The position numbers and the translations under genes were made by a program. 63,748 bases of DNA from a virus (lineage: Duplodnaviria > Caudoviricetes), in the IMG/VR virus record IMGVR_UViG_3300042465_003545, positions 1 through 63,748 of that record; one strand, written 5' to 3'. The notes below the pieces were generated by a model. The model worked only from the letters and a program-made list of their open reading frames with translations, was not told the DNA's origin and did not search any database. Below, one piece after another: positions 57,399 through 63,748 of the stretch (within the stretch, counting starts at the first letter, position 1; the number at the start of each line of letters is the position of its first letter).

Positions 57399-57835
57399 TT
57401 GTATATGATTTTCACGTTTGATTTCTTACCATAAAATTTCCAGCCGAAGGCACACACGCCAGCGTAAATGATTCGTGCGTCCCAAGGTGCGCGGGGCGCA
57501 ATTAAATCGCGTATCCAACAATCAATCTCTTTACGAGTGAACGGCGTGTTGCGACAACCACCTAGTTGATAACCAAGATCGTGCACTAAGCCGCCGATCA
57601 TGTTCGCGGGAGTATCGTTGTAGCACGTTAAGCCATCCCATTCGTAGCCTTCAAAGATAGTCAGTCTGCCGTCGCGGAAGGATGCGATATGGTATAGCCC
57701 ATCATTCGTCCAAACGTCAAACGGCTCGATTACGCGACCAATCAGATAGGTTTTGTCTGACGCAAGGCGATATGCCCAGTTGTCAGAGAGTCTGCCGTCG
57801 TCGGAGTAAACTAATTTATTAGTGCTGGTAATCAT
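57395..57835 (-). CDS. DUF1353-like protein
   Basis: GYEWDG, LVHDLGY, RKEID and IYAGVCAFG; probable ATG at 57835. Confidence 0.7.
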   Translation of the reverse strand: MITSTNKLVYSDDGRLSDNWAYRLASDKTYLIGRVIEPFDVWTNDGLYHIASFRDGRLTIFEGYEWDGLTCYNDTPANMIGGLVHDLGYQLGGCRNTPFTRKEIDCWIRDLIAPRAPWDARIIYAGVCAFGWKFYGKKSNVKIIYK

Positions 57836-57925
57836 CGTCGTCAAAAAAGTTTGAGCAAACCATACAAACCATGACAACAACAAAAATTGTAGTCGCAATA
57901 ATTTTTAAATATAAGTGTTGGTCGC

Positions 57926-58123
57926 TCATTGTTCAATTCTGCTTGGTGTTTGGTCAATGTAGCTTCGGGCGGTAATCAAACCTGTCATCGCGACTGAAAG
58001 CATAAATGATGCAGTCTCGCGCCAATCGGAAAAATTAACTGTTGGCAATCCTGCGCTGGCACTTGTTCCCATCGCAATGAGGATGTATAAAGATAACCTT
58101 GCCATGGATTGTTTTTGATTCAT
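57926..58123 (-). CDS. Small membrane protein (holin-like)
   Basis: 65 aa with two hydrophobic helices; lysis-cluster context. Confidence 0.55.
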   Translation of the reverse strand: MNQKQSMARLSLYILIAMGTSASAGLPTVNFSDWRETASFMLSVAMTGLITARSYIDQTPSRIEQ

Positions 58124-58305
58124 TTCTTTTTCCGTAAAAGATTGCAGAGGGTGACAATGGAAACGCAGATCAGAAGTATTGTCGAAGATGTTTTCAAAGC
58201 CCAGTCTAGTTGTTCTTGGAACTGAGTAATGACACCCAATGACGATGCGGCAATGCCAATAAGCCCATTGACGATATTATATGTCGCACTATGTTCTTCA
58301 ATCAT
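58120..58305 (-). CDS. Small membrane protein (holin-like)
   Basis: 61 aa with two hydrophobic helices and a basic C-terminus (RKKK). Confidence 0.55.
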   Translation of the reverse strand: MIEEHSATYNIVNGLIGIAASSLGVITQFQEQLDWALKTSSTILLICVSIVTLCNLLRKKK

Positions 58306-58310
58306 AATAC

Positions 58311-58691
58311 TTATTCTGGAAGAGATTCAGGCTCAGGTTCAGGTTCAGGTTCAGGCTCAGGCTCAGGCTCAGGCTTAGAAACTACTGGTGCGGTGTAACC
58401 AAATTGACCATCTACGAATCCGTAGCCAGTTGGCATTGCAACAATAACTCGAGTGGCAATATCAGTCTTTGCAAGTTGCGCATTTACTGCCGCGCCAAGT
58501 TCTGAGTTCGCCACGAATCGTTCGAGCGTAAGCGCGATGTTGGCGTTCATGCTGTCAACGATTGCTTGTGGTTCGCGATTCCAAAAAAGCGCATAACATT
58601 CGTTCATTGTCGATGCTAAATGATGCACTGCTTTGATTGCTCGTTGCGTCAATTCGCGATTGTATTCCGTTGGTGTGAGTTGTTCTAACAT
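58311..58691 (-). CDS. Tail-fibre-associated protein with a (PE)n tail
   Basis: Follows the fibre gene; probable ATG at 58691; ends in a Pro-Glu repeat. Confidence 0.6.
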   Translation of the reverse strand: MLEQLTPTEYNRELTQRAIKAVHHLASTMNECYALFWNREPQAIVDSMNANIALTLERFVANSELGAAVNAQLAKTDIATRVIVAMPTGYGFVDGQFGYTAPVVSKPEPEPEPEPEPEPEPESLPE

Positions 58692-58695
58692 AAAA

Positions 58696-61338
58696 TTATA
58701 CCCATGTAGCAATTAGTGTTCTTTTCCAAGTGTTTGTTGCGGTGCAGACGTAAATGTATGAATCATCCCAACAAATGTCCCCAGCGTTACCCGCTGCCGC
58801 TGCGCTGGCTGGTGTCTTGGCTGTGCGAATACGTAAAATGTTGGAGTTGATATCAACGGCTGCGGTTGGCGTTGTTGTACCTAACCCTAAGTTCCCTCCT
58901 CCGAGTAGAGTCATAACTGCTGATCCGCCATTACGCCACTGGGTAGCAATTTCTGTGGATGCTAAAGCTGCTCTGCCAGTTGTTCCATTGTGCTTATACG
59001 CATCTAGCACAATGACTGGCGTGGTAGGCGCAGTAACTCCAGAATGAGCGAAGATTGACACTGCTCCTGAGTTGTCCGCTACAGAAGAAAATCCTATGAG
59101 TGACAGCCCAGCACCAGAACTACTACCTTGTGAAACTCTAGCAACTACTGACGTGGTCACGTTAGGAGAGAATCCTACACCTGTGAAGTTAGCAGTAGTA
59201 GCCCCACCCATATCTAAACCAGCGTTGTTAGCTGTGTTATGAATATGCAGTCTATTGTTAGGAGCTACGATACCTACGCCTACACCAGCTATACGTGCAG
59301 ATAGCAGTGAGGCATAAGCTGTTCCATTGTAATACTGATAGTTCCAACCAGTAAACTCTGTCGGCGTTGCGAGAGTGGTATAAGTGTTGTTAGAGTACTC
59401 AAATGCAGTAAACTGAACAAGCCCAGCATTGCCGAATGAGTTATCGTTCTGTCCTACCGTCTGATAAGTTTTAAGGTAACGGTTGGTCATCCTTGTTTTA
59501 GTCACAAGACCTGCATTTTTACCTGCGCTATTATCGGTTGTGTTCCATATAACGTAAATAGGCGCGTCACTAGCAGCAGCAGTCCCGAATAAGTTAAATT
59601 TCCCTTGGCTGCTATCCCCACGGGTTGTGCCCCCCATAGTGGTATACGCCGCAGAACTTGAAAAACCTTGATAGAGTGCTTGATTGCCGTTGAGAGTTTG
59701 ACTAACAAAAGTGCCAGTGTTGTTGAGTGTCACGTTCCCAGCACTTGATACGGTTAGGCTGGTATAGTTCGCGGCATCATAGCCGATTCGCATTTGTTCC
59801 GTCAGCGCGATTGTGTGAAGAGTCGCTGATGGAGTAGCTGTTCCGATCCCGACATTGCCACCATTAGGTTGTAGATTAACATAGCTCGTTGTCCGTGTGG
59901 CGCTTCCTGTGCCTTGCAAAGTCAGGTCATCGTTAGCTGCAATGCCGCCATTGATCTGCGCGATTGTCGGAGTTGTGATAGTTGGCGATGTCGCAAAAAC
60001 CAATGAGCCGCTGCCCGTTTCATCTGTGACCGCTGCGGCAAGGTTCGTGCTGCTTGGAGTGGCTAAAAAAGTTGCAACGCCCGTGCCGAGTCCCGTCATG
60101 TCCGATGGAGCAACTCGCCCTTCTTGGTCGTCCACAATAGCAATGGTGCCATTAACTCCAGCGACAGGCTGGAGAGTTTGGAGATCAATTGACAATGTTG
60201 GTTGATCGCTGCCATAGATAACCGTCCAACCAGTCAGCAACCAAGGTCTGTCACTATCACTTGTATTTGTCGCCTCATATAAAATGGTGTCACCATCGTT
60301 AAGGATAAGCGTCCACACTCCCGCGTACCAAGAAAGCTCCTGATTGCTGGAAAACCAAACTCTCTTGCCGTTGATTAGTGAGCCGTCATCAACCAATGGC
60401 TCAGTAAATGCTGGTGTCGTGCCTGTGACCGTGATGACCGATGTTAGAGGCAGCACGTCGAGTGCCGTTCTCATCGCACTAGCCGCCCCCGTGCCAAACG
60501 TGTAGGTTGTGGCGTTAAAAGTCGCCGCCGTTCCGAATGTCGCTGAGTCAATCGTTGGCGATGTCAGCGTTTTGTTGGTGAGGATTACTGTGCCTGAATC
60601 AGTGACAAATCCCCCGCTGCCGTTTGCCGCGATTCCGAGCGCGGTAATGACGTTAGTTCCCGCCGTGGTCGTGGCTAGGCTTGTCAACCCCAAAGCCGTG
60701 CGATGCGCTGCTGCCGACCCTGTGCCGTAGGTGAATGACGTGTTGTTAAGTGTAAAGGTAGTTCCTGCTGTGATCGTTAGGTTCTTTCCCCCACTCGTTC
60801 CAAATTGTAGGCAAATATCATCGTTCGTGCTCCTCAGCGTTCCTGTCGTGCTGTTAGCCTTAAAGCTATCGCTTATTACTGCCGCCAACGCGCTGACTGT
60901 CCGAATATGACCACCCGCGCCGTTGGTCTGAATCTTGCCATTTGCACCCTGCATGGAAATTTCAGCGTCTGCGCCAGATAGGACAATTTGATTACTTAGC
61001 CCAGTCAAGCTGATTGACCCATCGCTATCATTGATAGTCAGGGTGGCGATTGTTAAATTAGCCGTCCCATTGCTGGTCGTCGCGCTTGTGACGGAGTTAG
61101 GGCCAGCCGCGCCTGTTGCGCCCGTATCACCTCTAGGGATCGTAAAGTTAAACACTGCGGCACTCGATGTCCCTACGTTAACCACAGACGCGCTGGTTCC
61201 TGCGCTGCCCGTAGTAGTTGTACCCGCGGCTACCGTAGCGGCGGCACCAGCGGGACCTCGCGCCCCGCCAATAGTTAGTGGCGCAGTTATCGTAATAGCT
61301 GCGGGAATTGTTACGGGGGCTGTGATTGATATACTCAT
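58696..61338 (-). CDS. Tail fibre protein
   Basis: 880 aa, Thr/Gly/Ala-rich; collagen-like GPAG...FNFTIPRGDTG, GNVGIGTATP-type repeats, C-terminal GDICWDDSYIYVC...WKR. Confidence 0.85.
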   Translation of the reverse strand: MSISITAPVTIPAAITITAPLTIGGARGPAGAAATVAAGTTTTGSAGTSASVVNVGTSSAAVFNFTIPRGDTGATGAAGPNSVTSATTSNGTANLTIATLTINDSDGSISLTGLSNQIVLSGADAEISMQGANGKIQTNGAGGHIRTVSALAAVISDSFKANSTTGTLRSTNDDICLQFGTSGGKNLTITAGTTFTLNNTSFTYGTGSAAAHRTALGLTSLATTTAGTNVITALGIAANGSGGFVTDSGTVILTNKTLTSPTIDSATFGTAATFNATTYTFGTGAASAMRTALDVLPLTSVITVTGTTPAFTEPLVDDGSLINGKRVWFSSNQELSWYAGVWTLILNDGDTILYEATNTSDSDRPWLLTGWTVIYGSDQPTLSIDLQTLQPVAGVNGTIAIVDDQEGRVAPSDMTGLGTGVATFLATPSSTNLAAAVTDETGSGSLVFATSPTITTPTIAQINGGIAANDDLTLQGTGSATRTTSYVNLQPNGGNVGIGTATPSATLHTIALTEQMRIGYDAANYTSLTVSSAGNVTLNNTGTFVSQTLNGNQALYQGFSSSAAYTTMGGTTRGDSSQGKFNLFGTAAASDAPIYVIWNTTDNSAGKNAGLVTKTRMTNRYLKTYQTVGQNDNSFGNAGLVQFTAFEYSNNTYTTLATPTEFTGWNYQYYNGTAYASLLSARIAGVGVGIVAPNNRLHIHNTANNAGLDMGGATTANFTGVGFSPNVTTSVVARVSQGSSSGAGLSLIGFSSVADNSGAVSIFAHSGVTAPTTPVIVLDAYKHNGTTGRAALASTEIATQWRNGGSAVMTLLGGGNLGLGTTTPTAAVDINSNILRIRTAKTPASAAAAGNAGDICWDDSYIYVCTATNTWKRTLIATWV

Positions 61339-61706
61339 CGTGAGGTGTCTGCTAAAACTGTAAGGACTCCCTTATACAGAGTCAGTGGTTTATCATTCCC
61401 TGTTTCGTAAAACTCCATATCCCATTCCCATTCCCCTGCTTTTGGGAGAAAGTTTTGAATAGGTGGGACATTCGCGCTCCACGTCGTGCTATTGCTAATG
61501 ACCGCAGCAGCATTACGCCCAGTGGCGTTACCACTATCAATGCGGAATGTGACTCCAGTTGAGTGCACGAGGTGCATACGTATCCTAGTAAGAGTATTAG
61601 GTGGCTGTACCCCGTTAATTAAAACGGGACCAATCACCCCGATACCCTCCCATCGATCACCCCTTTTGTGATCTGGTATATCGATGTTTACGGTATAGTC
61701 AGGCAT
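61335..61706 (-). CDS. BppU-like fibre-attachment protein (putative)
   Basis: KRGD...G.WEWDMEF...LYKGVLTV pattern; directly upstream of the fibre gene. Confidence 0.55.
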   Translation of the reverse strand: MPDYTVNIDIPDHKRGDRWEGIGVIGPVLINGVQPPNTLTRIRMHLVHSTGVTFRIDSGNATGRNAAAVISNSTTWSANVPPIQNFLPKAGEWEWDMEFYETGNDKPLTLYKGVLTVLADTSR

Positions 61707-61741
61707 ATCTACGTAGGGTGTAACCGAAGCTACTGTAATTT

Positions 61742-61960
61742 TTACTGAAGATTTCGCTCGACAGCAGACATGAAGTCTTCAGGAGCTTCTTCTCCCATGT
61801 CTTCCTCTTCCATGTCTTCCTCTTCCATGTCGTCCCCTACAGGGATGCCCTCGAGGGCAACGAGCATGAGTTCTCCATCCATCATTTGCACAGTAGCGGA
61901 GATGTCAACGGGTTCGCCTTCAGGAATCTCAAGGCCAGCGGGTAGTGGAATAGTCATCAT
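61742..61960 (-). CDS. Small acidic protein
   Basis: 72 aa with DMEEE repeats. Confidence 0.65.
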   Translation of the reverse strand: MMTIPLPAGLEIPEGEPVDISATVQMMDGELMLVALEGIPVGDDMEEEDMEEEDMGEEAPEDFMSAVERNLQ

Positions 61961-62046
61961 AATATTATAAGAATAGTAGCGCAGAGCTACTATTTAATTT
62001 AATCTCAAGTTCGTCAAGAAAAATTACTCTAGTTGAGATTTTATTT

Positions 62047-62601
62047 CTACGAGTTAGTAAACTCTTCTCTCCTACGGTCCGCCTCTTTTCTCATCTTCTC
62101 GCGTAGTTCCTTAACTTTAAGTTTCATATCAGGATTCCGTGATACTCTCTCGCTTCCTGTTTCGACGAGCCGATCGGTCCTATACCTCATCTCGTTGTTA
62201 AGATCTTCCTTGGAGTTTTTAGCTGCCTCTTCTGACTCCATCAGATCTTTGATCATCTTTACGGTTCCGTAACCGTGGTTAGTAGGATCTATAAAAGCCT
62301 CAACCATCCGCTGGGGTGCTGGTTTATACTCGGCGTTTATTTCCGCAGACTTTAGCGCAGCTTCGCGAGCCTCAGGGCTAGCAGCAAGCACCGCCCCATC
62401 GAGCACCGCAGCGGCTACCCCTAGGTTACCATGACGTATCTTTATCGCCTTAGGAAGTCCTCTGATAATTTTCGCACCCCCGCTTATTCTGGGCGTACGA
62501 CCATTAAGCGCGAGGTTTCGTAGGTCAATATAACCTAGTGTAGCGTGACCCGCTGCGGATAACTTCTGCCCCGCCGACATATTATTTTGGGCAGCGGGCA
62601 T
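62047..62601 (-). CDS. Hypothetical protein
   Basis: 184 aa in the structural operon. Confidence 0.6.
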   Translation of the reverse strand: MPAAQNNMSAGQKLSAAGHATLGYIDLRNLALNGRTPRISGGAKIIRGLPKAIKIRHGNLGVAAAVLDGAVLAASPEAREAALKSAEINAEYKPAPQRMVEAFIDPTNHGYGTVKMIKDLMESEEAAKNSKEDLNNEMRYRTDRLVETGSERVSRNPDMKLKVKELREKMRKEADRRREEFTNS

Positions 62602-62606
62602 ATAGT

Positions 62607-63386
62607 TTATTTTCTCTTAGACGCGTACCAAGCTAGGGCTGCCTTGTTGTCACTCTTATCAGCAAGATCAGCGCGGCTATTCATCATGGACTGAATCTCA
62701 GCCATGCGAGTGCGGTCTAACTTGCTTTTAGGATCGAACGCGGTTCCTGTAGCTGTCTTAAACAGCGCGTTGAAGTCACGAGATGGTGCGTTACTCGCAG
62801 CGGGGGATGCGGCGGGCGCCATACCATCACTCTTAACAATATCGGTGGGACTAATAGAGTCCACAATACTGCCCATGCCCATAGACGGGGGCTTCGCAGT
62901 GGCAGCCGTTGCAATATCACGCACGTTCACGTTGCTAAACAGACCCTGTGACGGGCTCGACGACGCTGTGGTGCTGGACGGTGTAGGCGCAGGGGTATCC
63001 TTGCGTTGATTCTGAACACGCTCAACAGTGCGTCGACCTGATTCAGACGCTTCACGAGCGGCTGCATCATTGTTATACTCATCCATAAACCCTGTTAATG
63101 CCTTCTTGCCAATATTGGCTTGTCGTGCTGCCTCATAGTTTGGGTTCGGCTTAGCCGCTTGCTCCAACGTGACGTCGAGAACTGCATCGGGGGCTCCAAA
63201 GAATCGTCCTCCAGCCCTATCCCCAATGATGTCATTAGCAGTTCCAGTCCCCTTCTTTGAAGTAGAGAATCTGCTGGAGCCGACTTGCTCTGTCACGCGG
63301 GGCGTCGGACGTGTGAGTAGCGCACGCTCGACTCCCTCCGCGAAAGTAGGCATATATTCAGAAAGAGTTTTCTTTTTAGCGGCCAT
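62607..63386 (-). CDS. Hypothetical protein, possibly virion-associated
   Basis: 259 aa of low complexity, in the structural operon. Confidence 0.6.
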   Translation of the reverse strand: MAAKKKTLSEYMPTFAEGVERALLTRPTPRVTEQVGSSRFSTSKKGTGTANDIIGDRAGGRFFGAPDAVLDVTLEQAAKPNPNYEAARQANIGKKALTGFMDEYNNDAAAREASESGRRTVERVQNQRKDTPAPTPSSTTASSSPSQGLFSNVNVRDIATAATAKPPSMGMGSIVDSISPTDIVKSDGMAPAASPAASNAPSRDFNALFKTATGTAFDPKSKLDRTRMAEIQSMMNSRADLADKSDNKAALAWYASKRK

Positions 63387-63391
63387 AAGGA

Positions 63392-63476
63392 TTACGTGTC
63401 GTTAGAGATGTGGTACCAGCGAGTCCCATCTGAAAGAAGAGTAGCTGCGTGGGTAGTCGCAAGCACAAGTGTGTTC
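63392..63476 (-). CDS. 3' end of the junction-spanning ~140-aa virion protein
   Basis: In-frame continuation ...NTLVLATTHAATLLSDGTRWYHISNDT with TAA at 63394-63392. Confidence 0.75.
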
Positions 63477-63748
63477 GCGTTAGCCCCGCCTGTAAGGATC
63501 TGCTCAGATCCGTTACCGTCAACAGTGCACGCACCGCTGCCCGTATTTAACACGGATACCTGACGCAGGTTACCTGCAACAAGAGGGAGCGTAACAGTAG
63601 ACGTAGTTCCCGTAACAACTGATACACGTGTCGAAATAGTCGCACCTGTGGCAATAGTTGCTACGTCAGTGGATTGTAGACCAAGGATACCGTAAATAGG
63701 GAGTCCTCCGACTTTAGACGACCCGTTAGAATCGATGTCGTAGACTGG
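63477..63748. repeat. Terminal direct repeat / circular-assembly overlap, right copy
   Basis: Matches 1-272 with two mismatches. Confidence 0.95.

Noticed and set aside
58326-58373. (PE)n microsatellite as a phase-variation switch
   Set aside because: It is an in-frame hexamer repeat with mixed synonymous codons at a C-terminus, so length changes would not shift the frame.
1-63748. Stop-codon reassignment or prophage context
   Set aside because: The standard code gives dense full-length genes, and I saw no host genes, integrase or att-flanked boundaries.

Overview
This window looks like a complete, circularly permuted tailed dsDNA phage genome with about 63,476 bp of unique sequence. Positions 1-272 recur at 63477-63748 with two mismatches, and one gene reads through that junction. 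The gene set suggests a podovirus-like, probably lytic phage; I recognised no integrase, tRNA or CRISPR array. It has four alternating blocks: (i) minus-strand head genes (portal, scaffold, major capsid) continuing over the junction into tail and lysis genes; (ii) a plus-strand early/accessory block punctuated by eight copies of a 20-bp palindrome, with an M28 peptidase, a paralog pair, a MoxR-like ATPase/vWA module and RNase H; (iii) minus-strand terminase, candidate ejection proteins and a 4723-aa polyvalent protein; (iv) plus-strand replication genes (RuvC, SF2 helicase, Cas4-like nuclease, PolA, primase-helicase). The most notable observations are: a PolA intein that carries a complete HNH endonuclease in a different reading frame; integron attC-like sites in reverse orientation whose arms are translated as parts of phage genes; a ~280-bp non-coding twin-hairpin element present twice, 28.9 kb apart; the early-region palindrome/direct-repeat gene modules; and an Endo VII nuclease wedged between two DUF5872-like half genes. 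All functional calls come from recognising motifs by eye; no searches were run.
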